A stretch of DNA of 43,010 bases from positions 942,818 to 985,827 of the forward strand of contig NC_068993.1 of NCBI RefSeq assembly GCF_001194135.2, given 5' to 3'. A program made the position numbers and the translations under genes. Shown in pieces: positions 11,847 through 25,230 of this stretch; position 1 is the first letter of the stretch; each line of letters starts with the position of its first letter. This DNA comes from Octopus bimaculoides. Its lineage: Eukaryota. The notes under the pieces are model-generated. The model was given only the letters and a program-made list of their open reading frames with translations, searched no databases and was not told the DNA's origin.

Positions 11847-13314
11847 AGTTGTGTTAGTTGCTACAGGTTCATTTCTTGCAGTTAATCTCCAACATTAAAT
11901 ACTATTTATTTACTATAAAGATATTTATTTACCAAAAAGATATTAAGCTTTACAATAAAACTAGAAAGTTTTAGAAAGTCGTGAATTGTGAATAAAAAGC
12001 CAGCGTAGGAGAGAGTGTACGTATGCAATTGTTGCGAAGACTGTAGTCTTGGCTATTAACACCTGGTAACTAAGTCGTCGACTGGCTGCTAGCAAAAGCC
12101 AATAGGTTTTAGTAACAACAAGTCGCTCGATTCTGGTTATTAATTGTGCCCCGAGTTCTTTTGTTAATGCGCATTTCCTTGGCAATATGCCGATAGAAAG
12201 AGGGCGAAGAATTACAACTAAATGTTTTTCATTGTATTGCAGATTCATTAGCGTGTGCTTTACCCCTCTGATATTTGAACACATTGCTTGCAGTGATGAG
12301 AGGAGAGAGAGAAAGAGAGAGAGGGAGAACAAAAGAAATTCTTTGATCTTGTATACACAAGGGTGATCTCAATGAAATGGGACTAGTGACTAGCGAGAGA
12401 GAGAGAGGGAGAGAGAGAGAGGGGGGATGAGAGAGAGAGATTTTTTTTTTTTATAAACAGCCCTGAATACTCCAAAGTGAATTATGTCTGAATATTGTAT
12501 TCAATGTTAATGGGAAAGGTTGCTTCTCGATATGTCAGAAGTTTGTAATGGTGATGTAGTTGAAGTGAACAAGAGCCGAGAACAATATACATGGAAATCT
12601 AGACAGGCCATAATATCCAGTATATGTATTTTATATTTACTCACCAACTCCATTGAAACACAAACTATCTAAACAACTCAAAATGCTTGCTTTCAAAGCT
12701 GGTTGATTTCCGGACCTGTTTCAGTGACGATTTACAAATTACTCGAATAATGGCGGCCGTATGTGAAAAATGTCTGATCAGCAAATGAGTGGGAGCAGGG
12801 TGAGGTGGTGGCCGTGTGTGTGTGTGTGGGGGGGGGACTACAACTATTAATAATAATAATAACAATTATCCACTGCGGATGGGATATCTAACAAATGGAT
12901 AATAAATTGACTTTTATTATTATCATTATTATTGTTGTTGTTATTGTGCGTTCCAACGCCAGAAAATAGATTCTCTATACCTATTGGATTGCTGGTTTAT
13001 TAATCCATTGTTATTTCTAGTTAAAACTAAACAAAACAAAATCAATTGCGATTCCAATCAACTAATTTTCCAATCGTTTCTAGCCCAGTTCGATAGACAG
13101 ATCTGATTGGTTAACGATGATTAGTATTCTCCACATATTTCATTGTCTGTTGGTAGAGAAGAATAAAAGAATTACTAACGCGAAGAACAAATGGATTCAC
13201 TGACAACCATAAACGGTTTTCTGCTGTTGGTGCTTTCCTCTCCGCCATGGCTTGTCACAAAGCACTCGAGACAGATTAACAGGACACTTATACAATACCG
13301 ACGACGATATATAC

Positions 13315-13382
<68 letters not shown>

Positions 13383-13700
13383 ATATACATACATATATAT
13401 AGATATATATGTATGTATACACACACACTCTATCTACAACTCCTATCTCTTTTTAGCCGCTTTCTCACTTTCATATCATCCATACGTCTACACGTGTCTG
13501 CCCAGTCTTAAGTGCATGCGCGAGAGAGACCATACAAAACGTATTGCACTCATACACATTCGCCAGTGTGTGTGTGTATATATATATGGGAGAATATACA
13601 AATAATAACAACAGACGAGGACAGGTGGTGTAAATAACAAAAGTATATTTTAGNNNNNNNNNNTGAATAGTGTTCAGTTAACGGTCAATCATAATAAAGC

Positions 13701-13731
<31 letters not shown>

Positions 13732-13849
13732 TACACATACAGACAGACAGACACATGCACACTCCCTCATGCTACTGTTGATATCCTGTGATATCACACA
13801 CTATTATATTCACTTTATCAGTAATCTCCTATAAGCGACTGAATTATAA

Positions 13850-14025
13850 TTGGTTCTAATCTAGATACAGCGACCCCAATATATGACTAGTACTTCAGTC
13901 TATCGAAGCTGGAAATGTGAAACGCAAAGCTGACCTCGGCAGGGTTCTATCTCAGCGCAGAGAAGTCGGATCGATAACCACAAATCAATCTAGACGACAC
14001 TCTAACGACTCTGGCAAACGCTTGC
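13850..14025 (-). mobile_element. Highly degenerate family A SINE
   Basis: Segments gaccccaatat...tagtactt...tatcga...gaaatgtgaaacgcaaagctgacctcggc and ctaacgactctggca parallel the 900-1118 copy. Confidence 0.55.
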
Positions 14026-14403
14026 AGATTAACGATTGATCAGGCAGTATTAATGACTGATGATCCACTATTAATGATTGATAAGGCAGCATCAATCATT
14101 CATCACACGATTGAGAAGACCGAGATATTTCTTAAGCCACCTATATTTAGAGATGGCCATCGGATTTCATACAAAAATTATGCAGAAAGAAAAAAAAAAA
14201 GAAAAACGAAGAAGGAGGTAATAGTAGGAGGATGCATTTTGATAGATAAGGGTCGAAAAGGAATTGGTTGTTCTCTGCTGAACGAAATCTTCGATAGATT
14301 TCGAATAAATTCCATTTAAGATATTGAAATATCAAATTTATTTCCTCAATTTTGTTTCGTTCAAAGACAAAAGTAAAATGTAAGTCCAATATAAGTATGT
14401 GTA

Positions 14404-14408
<5 letters not shown>

Positions 14409-14461
<53 letters not shown>

Positions 14462-14640
14462 TGTGTGTACGTGTGCATGTATGTGCATATGTGTGTACGT
14501 ATGTGTGTATGTATGTGCTTGTGTATGTTTGTGTGAGTGTACGTGTGTGTGAGTAATATGTGTGCGTACGTGTGTTTGTGTATGTGTATGTACGTGTGTG
14601 CATGTGTGTGTGTTTATGTGTGTGTGTTTATGTGTGTATG
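14409..14640. repeat. (TG)n compound microsatellite
   Basis: Direct reading. Confidence 0.95.
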
Positions 14641-15084
14641 TCTTTTCTAAAATGTTGAATTTAGAAAATTACTTATGTTTCCACTTCACTTGTTATATTA
14701 CACTCACACACACTCACACGCACACGCACATTTACATGAGTGTGTGTGTGTCTATGTGCAAGTTGTATACAATATATAAATTACATGACTTACAAATCCT
14801 TATAGCATTCTATGAATAATATGTACATCGTGTATATTTATACACACACAGACATATATATATATGTATGTGTGTGTGTATGCATAATATAATAAAATTG
14901 TGTGTGATACAATGTTTAGTTGAATGGTTAGGAGGAAAGATATAATGTAAACGCGCGCGCGTGTGTGTGTGTGTGTGTGTGTAGATAGATGCCAACTAAC
15001 GTTTGCAGAGTGGAATACAGACATGTGCCTAATCATATTAACATAAAATAAATCTCTTGAATCTGATGGAAACGGTGAGTGAGT

Positions 15085-15087
<3 letters not shown>

Positions 15088-15167
<80 letters not shown>
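15088..15167. repeat. (GA)n microsatellite
   Basis: Direct reading. Confidence 0.97.
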
Positions 15168-15169
<2 letters not shown>

Positions 15170-15765
15170 CGAATAGGAAGGGAAAAGGGGGAGGGAGAGA
15201 GAGATGGGGAGCGTGTTAAGTGTGGTGACGGGTTGAACAACAATTGGATAGATTATGTTACCAAGATTCTTTAGGTGATGGCGGCTGGGGAGAAGGGGGA
15301 GATAGGGAGAGGTAGACGGAATGAATGTGTGCAGGGAGGGGGCAGGAGAAGCAAATATAGTTAGTGCTATACATAATCATCATCATCATCATCATCATTA
15401 TTATCATTATTATTATTATTATTATTATTACTATTTTTATTATTATTATCAGGGATTATTTCTGGGCATTATTAACACCTGAGTTTCAATTATTGACCAT
15501 ATTGGAGAAATCTGTAAACCTGGCTCTAAACACTTATTTGATTTTAAATCTAATCACATACACACACACACACACACATACACACACACACATATATATA
15601 TATATACACATACGCACATATACACACACATACGATTGAGTGTGTAAACAAAAAAAACGGTGCTCAACACATTTGGTAGGAGTTCCATGTATTATTTAAC
15701 AACAATTTCTCTCAGTTCCATGCAACATAATATTTGGTAAATTCGTAGAACGAACCCATCTCGTC

Positions 15766-15817
<52 letters not shown>

Positions 15818-15874
15818 NNNNNNNNNNNNNNNNNNNNNNNNNNNNNNNNNNNNNNNNNNNNNNNNNNNNNNNNN

Positions 15875-15928
<54 letters not shown>

Positions 15929-16100
15929 TGATGCCTGTAGAGTCAAGTTCGTTCTACGAGTCTTTGAAGCACGGAGACGAATCAAACGGTTATATAACAC
16001 ACATACAGATACACACACATAAAGCATAGTCATCATCATCATCATCATCATCCTCACCATAATTACCACTGCCACCATATCTGTCATCATCATCACTGCT

Positions 16101-16219
16101 GGCAGAGAACTGGCAGAATCGTCAGAGCGTCGGACCTGGCGGCATTTCTTCTGCTTCTTTACGTGCTGAGTTCAAACTTCACCAGTTTTAACTTGGTTTT
16201 CATCATACTGCGGCTAATA
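16101..16219 (+). mobile_element. Family A SINE, 5' half
   Basis: ctggcagaatcgtcagagcgtcggac (A box), tgctgagttcaaac (B box). Confidence 0.75.
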
Positions 16220-17126
16220 CGCTACACACACACACACACATTATACATATACATACATATATATTTGTGTATGTGTGCCTGCCTCTTTCGTCTCTCTCTT
16301 TCTCTCCCTTTCACATTGTCTGTTTTCATACATAAAAATAACGACATTACATTAACATACTCAAAATATACGCAAACTATACAAACACACACACACACAC
16401 ACAACAACAACAACAACGCTTCCCCTGTATATAAAGACACGACCTCAGCACTTCTAGTAATTCTTATGCTAAGTATTTTAATTTTAAATTCTCTTTATCT
16501 CACCCCCACCCTTTTCCCCACCCTGCAGTTAAAACATATCAAATAATTTCTCTTTTAGCGATACAGTGATTAGAACTGTTTTCCACCCAATCGCTGATCG
16601 ATCTCCAGTTCGTCACAAAACATATTCATGAGGATGGCTTTCACTAACGTTCACCATCAACCGGAAGTTGCATTTGGCGGAGCCTTTTGTCACCATCCCG
16701 AAATGTTCCCCACATTCTCTGTGTGTGTGTGTCTTTGCATAGATGGAATAGTTCAATGGAATCAATCCACCTCAGCATGCTCTTAGCACCAGAGGTTCAT
16801 CACGGATCAGTCACGAAATGTTTTCAGGGTAAACCAAGAGAAACGGGTTCGATTACAGCCAACAGCTAATGTTTCATGTTTTGTCTGTCGACACTTGTCG
16901 TGTAAATAGAATTTCAAGTGGTGAGTCATTCGGCTCGTGGGTCCCTTGCCCTGCAATCAGCACTTGCTATAGAATTCCCTTCCATCTCCACTCTCAGAGA
17001 TGCCAATCATAGATAAAAACCAATAAAGGCTATAGATTTCAGTTTCAGGGAAACTGGTGGTGGCGTTGTGGGGGGGAATCTAATTGGGCGATGGATGTAG
17101 GCATCATCGAGTTTTAAAACAGGAAC

Positions 17127-17170
<44 letters not shown>

Positions 17171-17256
17171 CACAGTGTGTGTGTGTGTGTGTGTATTTAT
17201 CTCCAATGAATCGGGAGATGAAAAATTATGGAATAAAATTTGGAAGAGGAAAATGA

Positions 17257-17297
<41 letters not shown>

Positions 17298-17777
17298 AAA
17301 AAAAGCGAGGCAAAGATAATGTGAATGTAAAACTGTAGATAAACATATTTTGTAGTCAATAATTACTGGAATGTTCAGTAAGGAAATTTTACCACTTCAT
17401 TGTAGGAAAGATTGCCGGTTTATTATTAATTCCTCCCAAATCTCTCTGGGGAGAGGAAGGAGAGGAGGAAGAAGAGGATGATATGGCGGCCATGACAGTG
17501 GTAGTGACGGTGGGAGGAAGAGGAGGAAAACTCGGAGAAACAAGGTGGGAATGATCGAGGGAAGAGAGAGAGACTATCGAGGTGTACGGGGGGTGGGGGA
17601 TGGAATAAAAGGAAGGTGGCGATGAGTGAAAGGAACTCCAGTGGGAGAAAACTTCTGGAATCTAGTCTAAAAGCGGCAACAGAATTAAAGAGCAGGAGAC
17701 TAAAATCAACACCAACTCCCTACCCACGATTTTCTTTGATAAAATCACGACAAAATTCATTCAACTGCTTTTATTCC

Positions 17778-17816
<39 letters not shown>

Positions 17817-18972
17817 GCACTGTATTTTTAACGTTATACAAATAACAAAATGGTGAGGCAAAAACTAGAAGAACAGTAAAATAATTTGAATTTAATGGAT
17901 GGAAACACTTTCCGGAAATGTTTTGTTTGTTTATTCCTGTTGGCTTGAAAACTGAAGATATGCTCCAATTGAATTTTGGTTATAAATCTTTTACGATAAT
18001 GTTTGTGGCCCTCGGCGGTTGTGCACGACTGACGCGGCATTATTGCTGGCACTGCAGACTTAGTGCACAATATAATTACTGTCAATGCGTATTAAAACAA
18101 ATATAGCAAAAACCCCCTCCAAAAAACTTCACTTCGAATTTGTTTATCCAACAATTTTTGCTCGCAAAAAGACCAAAAATAAATATTGTCTGTCCATAGT
18201 TGTCGACGGTAAAAGACGGAGAGATGAGGTGGGGAGGGGGGAAGAATTGTTATTAGTTATTGGGAGAGTGGTGGTGAGAGTGATGTAATAGAGATGGTGG
18301 TATTAGTTATTGAGAGTGATGGTAAGAGGTAAGTGGTGCTGTAGGGGGGGGGCATGGATAATAGCGAGGTGGTAGTGGTGGTGGTGGTGGAAATAATTGC
18401 GGGAAGTAATGGTAGAGCTGATAGGTTCGGGATGGTGGTGGTGGTGGTGGTGGTGGTGGTGGTCATGAAACGAGATAGGAATCACATGATTTCTATCACA
18501 TGACTGACTGTAATAAGGAGTATGAGATGTGGAGGGGGGGGGCGGTCTCCGTCATTTAATTTTTCTGTGGTTCCAGGCTTGGTCAAGTCGTTGAGTTATG
18601 GTATGTCGTTACAACTAGTCGCAAGAGAGCAGAATGTGTGATTTCGACATAAATCGGACAATGTGGCTAATCGATTCGAAGATCGGGATAAGAATAAAAG
18701 ACAAGATGAAAGTGGAGACTTGTAACCAGAGACCAGCCCTGACTATAGTTTCCGTTCCGTATTCCAAGACAAGATGGAAGCATGGAGATTCGCCCTCCTT
18801 ACTCTGACTTTCTTCGTTTTCCCGACATTGTCAAGTTTGCTGTTTATCATTTCAGGAACGATAAATAAAGTATTGCGAACATTTAAAGGTCTAAATTCAT
18901 GTCCAAACAGCAGAGTATTCCACAGTCACATCTACCCTTAAAATAATTCTTTGGCAGAATCGGCGAGGTACG

Positions 18973-19024
<52 letters not shown>

Positions 19025-19128
19025 GAGAGAGAGNNNNNNNNNNGAGAGAGAGAGAGGGAGAGAGAGAGGGAGAGAGAGAGAGAGAGAGAGAAGCCTGTAC
19101 CTGTTGAATTCCAGATAAATCCATCTAA

Positions 19129-19292
19129 TGGGATTCTCTACAGTTTCCGTCCAATCACTTTCCTTCACAAGGTAATGGCTGACCCAAGGATTATAGAAAA
19201 TAGAAAAGGATATTTACTCAAACTGTGCCATGCAGTGGAATCGAAACCGGGACCTTATTAGGTGCAGTATGACCATTCAGCCATTCTGCACC
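19129..19292 (-). mobile_element. Family B SINE, 5' part
   Basis: Plus strand cagtttccgtc...tcacaagg...gtgccatgcagtggaatcgaaaccgggacc...cattcagcc, matching 40006-40368. Confidence 0.7.
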
Positions 19293-19476
19293 AGCCGTTT
19301 CCTGATTAGAATGTGTGTGTGCGTGTATGCGTGTGTCTGCCTATTGTTCTACTGTGACTGGGAAGGGCATGAATGTTGCAACCTCCGAGTTTTCCAGTTC
19401 CTTAACCCAAACCTTTTTATCTTCTTAGACTTAGTTAACAAACTTTTGTTATAATCTTACTTTCTCTCAGTAACAT

Positions 19477-19507
<31 letters not shown>

Positions 19508-19853
19508 AGCAGTAGTACAGTAATTATACTTTTTTAATTATGTTTGTATTTTTGATGACAGTCAATCTGTGTCCCCTGTCCCAAATGCTTCCCGCCCTCC
19601 CCATCACCTAGACGAATTGATTTCTTTTTTTAATCTTTTTTTATATTCTTCTTCTTCTTCTTCACACCCCTGTCCTTATTATTTCAACAATTCTCATATT
19701 CCGTGTCGTCTGCCTGTCACACCATTCTCGCTCGGGTCACTTTTTCTTGGATTTACCGCCATTTCATCTGTGATTACACTTTTAGCATTTCCTAACTCAT
19801 CAAGCTGACACGATAATGCCAGTCACCACCACCACCACCACCGCCTCCATTGA

Positions 19854-19860
<7 letters not shown>

Positions 19861-19926
<66 letters not shown>
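19861..19926. repeat. (ACT)n microsatellite
   Basis: Direct reading. Confidence 0.97.
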
Positions 19927-19927
<1 letters not shown>

Positions 19928-21030
19928 TCTTACGCCGTTCAGGGATCGATTTTCTCATTGACGCCTCACAAATATCTATCATTTCAGTTTAATTTCAAAC
20001 ATTTCCCACATAATTATGATATTTCTACAGTTCTTTCAATTGACAACAACTAATGCTCCTTTTACCCCCATCCCCTCAATATGCTGTCAGGTTGGTCATT
20101 TACAATTTCCTGTGCTCTATGGTTACAGCCTCGTTTCCGACAGTTTCGAAACTCTTTGTATTCGTTCAAGTTTTCTCGATAGTCTTTTCAGATTTGTTTC
20201 TTTCGGTCAGGATGCGATAACAATCTCTGACTACTATTGCAAGTTTTTATAACAAAGACATCAAATTCTCTCTAATTATATCCATCCTCGCCAATTTGTT
20301 TTCTCTGTTGCCATCTTTAAAGCTCTTATTTTCATTCTGAAATATTTTTACTTCAACAAGATTGCTTGTCAGAAGGTTGCCATTGGCTAGCCTCGTCGTC
20401 TGATCCTTTGTTAGCTTCCTGTCTGCTGACAGCTTTCAATTGGCAGTTCACTAAACACACATCGTTAAGTGAGTCTTGCCGATACTCACTGTCAAAAGGT
20501 AATTTCCTTCGGGGAATCACGTCTTCAAATGTATTTCTTGATAAAAAGAGATGGCATCCATTGTCATAGTCATTTCAAACAATTTCAGTCCTGGAAAAAT
20601 CCATTCTCTTTATTCAAACGTTATTCAAACGGACAGGATACTCTGGTTGATGTTATTCCGAAACAGATGTAGTTTTATTGTAGAACGAATGTAATAATAC
20701 AAGCAACTATCACTTTGGGCTTTTCTTCTTCTGAAGGAGAAACTTATTTCAAAGAGACAGAGGAGTAAAGAACGATAGAAAAATAGCAAAAAAGAAAAAC
20801 CATTGAAATTAAATTTACATGAAGCCAACACCGTCAACCAATCAGGGAGCTTGTTTACCTGTCTACCTAGAAATAAACTAACCAATCAATTACAAGTACA
20901 TAAGAATCTGCTGTTGTCTGTCTGTCCATTATCTGGATCCATCTGTATTAGCACACAGTCGTTAGATATATATAATACAATACGAAACATTTTGGCGACC
21001 AATCTCTGAAATTGCTTCCTTATGAAGTCC

Positions 21031-21036
<6 letters not shown>

Positions 21037-21099
<63 letters not shown>
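21037..21099. repeat. (CA)n microsatellite
   Basis: Direct reading. Confidence 0.97.
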
Positions 21100-21104
<5 letters not shown>

Positions 21105-23727
21105 GTGTGTCAAAATATTCAGGGCTTGAAGTTTATGTCCCAAGACAGATTAGAAAGGGAATTTAATCTGCATCAAAAGCTCTAATAACAGATTTAAAAA
21201 AATTTTTCTAATTAGACAAAATTAAAAATTTAATCAAGGACGAAACCCCGGCCATAGACCCAATGCTCTGTCCCGAACTGATTTGAGAAAAACCACATGA
21301 AGAAGCTCACTTACACGGTCAACTTATTATTGAAACTTTAGGTACCCACCTTAGAATCGAACCCTTAACACCTTAGCTTTCATATTTCTCTTTGAAAAGG
21401 CCTGAAATTTGATGTTTAAGAGAAACCCCCGAAGAGATGAATTAATACGACTCAAACGGGGAAACTGATTCTTAACAAACTAATTCCCGGGATTTAGAAG
21501 ATATCACCTTTACAATTACTGCAACAAAATACGCAACAAGGGATTTGCAGATTTGTACAGATTCCTTATATTAATACCAAATGGTATTAAAGAGGATTGG
21601 TTTTCCTTATGTCTCCATAACAATTTGCTAATGTAATACAACCACTAAATATTCAGTAACACTTGTACACGTTTTGCTTCAACGTCCTTTAAACTTCGCT
21701 GCAGTAATCACACTCACACCTTCAGAAACTCGAACAGAAAAAAATTGAAACGTGATCAACTAAATAAATTTTTATGAAAGGATTTTTTTTCTCAAACACG
21801 GCATCAAAATCTTATCTCAGCTACAAACCCAAACTTTTCTCCCTAAATAAATGGAATATAAATTACTAATTTTTCATTTTCTAGGGCAGACTTCACTTTA
21901 AACCTTACCCAACTCATAAATCTTTCCCTTGTAGTTTTATCAACTGTAACATTTAAATGATCTTCGCACGTTTATCCGTCTGCGATAATCTAATTTTTAC
22001 TCCATTTTTATATTTCTATTTTTATTGTTCTTTACAGTTGTTGCATCTTTAGGTAAGAAGGTCTTGGATGGTATATCAGACCCTTCCACCCTGGATTACA
22101 ACTCAGCCATTAGTTCTGCCCTGCTTTCTCCAATAGTTGACCCCATTTATCTCATTTATCCCTTGCAATACACCCCGACCCGTTTCATATTTCTGTTAAT
22201 TTACTAATTACATACAAACATATATTTTCTCCCTCTCCCCCCCCTCTCTCCCTTTCAAACAGTAAAATTCTATCAAATATATTGTTGTGTTTGTGTGTGA
22301 GTCTAACCGATCATGCATACATCTTTGTGTATGTTTATGAGTGTATCGTGTGTATATATGTATATTCATTGTGAGTATGTGTGTGTATTTTTACGTGTGC
22401 ATACATAGGTGTGCGTTTGTGTGCATGAGTGAATATTTATGTGTGTGTGTGTGTGTATATTGTGTATAAGTGTGTGTATACGACTGTTTATGTGCTAGTG
22501 TTTGAGAGTGTGTATGTATTTATATTTAGACACATACATGTATGGTCACGTATGTGTGTATACGTTTGTGTCTGTTTCTCTTTCTCTGAGGTCGTGCGCG
22601 CGTGTGTGTGTGTGTGTGTGTGTATTCATTACCACAATGCAAACATTTATTTTCACTTTGATAAGTAGTCAAATAAGAATCTTGTCCATGTTTCCTAAAT
22701 AGCTTTTTTTTCCTGAAAGTTCTGGAGATGAATAAGAGAAATGAGGCAAAAATAATTAATTGCATCTTTAACCATTTGAATTGTTTAAAAAACTTCAAAT
22801 TGACACTTGAATAGAAAATATTTCCACTTCATATACCCTCTATCCCATTGTGTGAATTTTATGCCCCGCTTCCTTGTACTAGGAAATTTCGAGAATAAAC
22901 CAGTGATAACCAAAGGTTTCCAATCAAACAGAACCCTGCTATTTCTATGATTCAAACCTTAGCCTTTGATTCTGTCAAATATAGTTTACTATTTTAATGG
23001 AAAAAATTTAAATCAGATGCAAAATATTTTTTTTGTGTTTATTATTTATATATAAATATATATAATTTTTTTTTTCATTCTAAATGAGATTGGATCATAA
23101 TTTCATGCTGATATGATTTTTCTAAGAAATTTCTTGACTGGAATTTATTTTCTAAAGGAGTAAACAATTTAATAGCTGAATTTTTTTTTTTTTAAAAAGG
23201 CCAAGAAAAAGAAAAAAGCGAACTAACGTACAATTAAAGTAAACTGCTTTTTATCAGAATTAAAATGTGAAATCATCCAATATTGAGCGACAGTTTCACT
23301 GCTGTTTAGGTTGATTTATTCCTAAATAATGTTTGATTTCTGCTGGAAATACAATAATTATTTTCAAAGATAAATCAGTATTCATTTTCACAAATTTATT
23401 TATAATATGCTCTTTTAATGGCTTATCTATAATTGAAAACTTTCTAATTATCAACTATTATTCATTAGATCGACTGAAAGTCTTTTTTTTATTTTTAGGA
23501 AAATAAAATTTCTTTGTTATATGCATCTTAATTTTTTTTTTTTTCTAAAACTATCAAATACTTAGTGAACTTTTGGCCTGACTCGTTAAATAATATTGGC
23601 CACATAAACTAGTTTGTTCTTGGCCACCGAACTTGTACAAGTCCTTAGAAATACTAAATATTGCCCCAAAAGCCATTGGAACAATTAAAGTGAATTTTAT
23701 TGGATTTTTAAAATGAGGGCAATGAAG

Positions 23728-23842
23728 GGCGGTGAATTGGCAAAAATCATCGGAGCGTCGAACAAAACGTCTTGTAGTATTTAATTATGACTGTTTATGT
23801 TCTGAGTACAAATCCTGTCAAAGTCAGCTTTGCCTTTCATCC
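23728..23842 (+). mobile_element. Family A SINE fragment
   Basis: ggcggtgaattggc head; gttctgagtacaaatcc B-box; ctttgcctttcatcc body. Confidence 0.7.
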
Positions 23843-23907
23843 TGAACCAAGTGTCTCCTATCAATATCTCGTGTCTGTGAGATCAGTATCAAAACAGATC
23901 AGTGAAG

Positions 23908-24058
23908 AACGATGGATTGACAGAATTGTTTGAGCCTCCCATCAAATACGACGTTTGTTCCTGTCCTTTACGTCCTGGATTCGAATCCTACCAAAGTCAA
24001 CTTTCCCTTTTACCCTTTCGGAATTGATAAAAGGAAGTAGCAGTTAAATACTGGAGCC
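23908..24058 (+). mobile_element. Family A SINE fragment, tandem with the previous copy
   Basis: tgacagaattgtt head; ggattcgaatcc B-box; ccctttcggaattgataaaa...gcagttaaatactgg body. Confidence 0.7.
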
Positions 24059-24457
24059 CATATAATCACTTTTACCTCCACCATCACCGAACTATGGGAT
24101 CTTCTGCCGATGTCATTGGCTTTTAAAACAATGTCAGAAACAGTTACACACCTCACTAAATACTTGTTCATCCACCATTTTTCAATTCCTTGCATTGAAT
24201 ACATTATTATGACTAAACCCACCATCACCACTTACGCTCCCGCTCTCACCATGGCCACCACTAAACCCAACCCACAACTGAAAACTACCGCTCCAACGAC
24301 AACCAACACCACCTCGTTCAATATGTTATTACTGTCACCAAGATTATATTCTTGAAGTATCAAAGTAGTAGCAGTAGTGTTAGCAGTAGTAGTAGTAGTA
24401 GTAGTAGTAGTAGTTCAGTGTAATTTGCCTGCTGTCTTATTGTTTCTGAAGCCTAAC

Positions 24458-24925
24458 CTGATGTAAATACATTATTCTGTGGTGGTGGTCATAGCAGTGG
24501 AACTAATTACAATTCAGATTTAGGTTGCTTGGTCAGAATGAACATTCCATGCAGACTCTCATGGTGTGTGCGCTGACGCACACACGCGAACACAGCACGC
24601 ACGCATTTATATACAGATCGGTGAACGCTTGTCTTTACGAATGGTTGTTGGTGGTGGGGCGGACAGCGCTAAATGGATCAAGCAGTGTAAGTATGTTTTA
24701 CTACAAGCTGAATTACTTTAAATGTCAAGTCTGCGTTTCGACTTCCCAATAGATTGATGAAGCAGCGTGACAATACAAAAGCAACAATGTTAACAGCAGA
24801 TCGAGATATGACTGGATGAGAATATCACGAGTTTCTGTGAATGGTACTGAATGGATGCGTGGTACGTTTCCCAACGGATTTATTTTTCGCCAGCCAATCA
24901 CGTGTCGATCAGATGTTAACCAATC
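24458..24925 (-). promoter_or_regulatory. Candidate intronic promoter/enhancer
   Basis: CpG-dense unique DNA with CCAAT at 24894 and 24920, CACGTG at 24899, GGGGCGGA at 24656-24663, TATATAAA (minus) at 24606-24613 and a donor-like CAG|gttagg at 24458. Motif evidence only. Confidence 0.35.
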
Positions 24926-25190
24926 AAACTTCTGTGTTTTTGAATAGTTTGCTTCCAAATTGCCACGTTCCTAAGTTTTTTCAATCGTTTGAACAACTGG
25001 AAATGTGAAACTCAAGAACCTTCCACTTCTAAAGTTTTATATATGTGTGTGTGTATACATAATACACACACACACACACACACACACACACGAACGTATA
25101 CACATACCTAGTTGATGACTGCAAAACTCGATCTGCTGTTAACATCACCTGATCGAAAGACCCACACATACGAAAACTGTGTGTGTCTGC

Positions 25191-25230
<40 letters not shown>

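Noticed and set aside
13589-13690. Fragment resembling a recalled octopus repeat (aacaacagacgaggacaggtggtgtaaa)
   Set aside because: Short, gap-interrupted and not classifiable without a library.
14041-14106. C/D-box-like TGATGA...CTGA on the sense strand
   Set aside because: Boxes arise from the local tandem repeat; no terminal stem or recognisable rRNA antisense element.
18017-18071. Hairpin closed by TTGTGCAC/GTGCACAA
   Set aside because: Inner arms have several bulges and mismatches; not pre-miRNA-like.
21440-21454. AATTAATACGACTCA, a partial T7 promoter match
   Set aside because: Lacks CTATAG and has no vector context; treated as coincidence.
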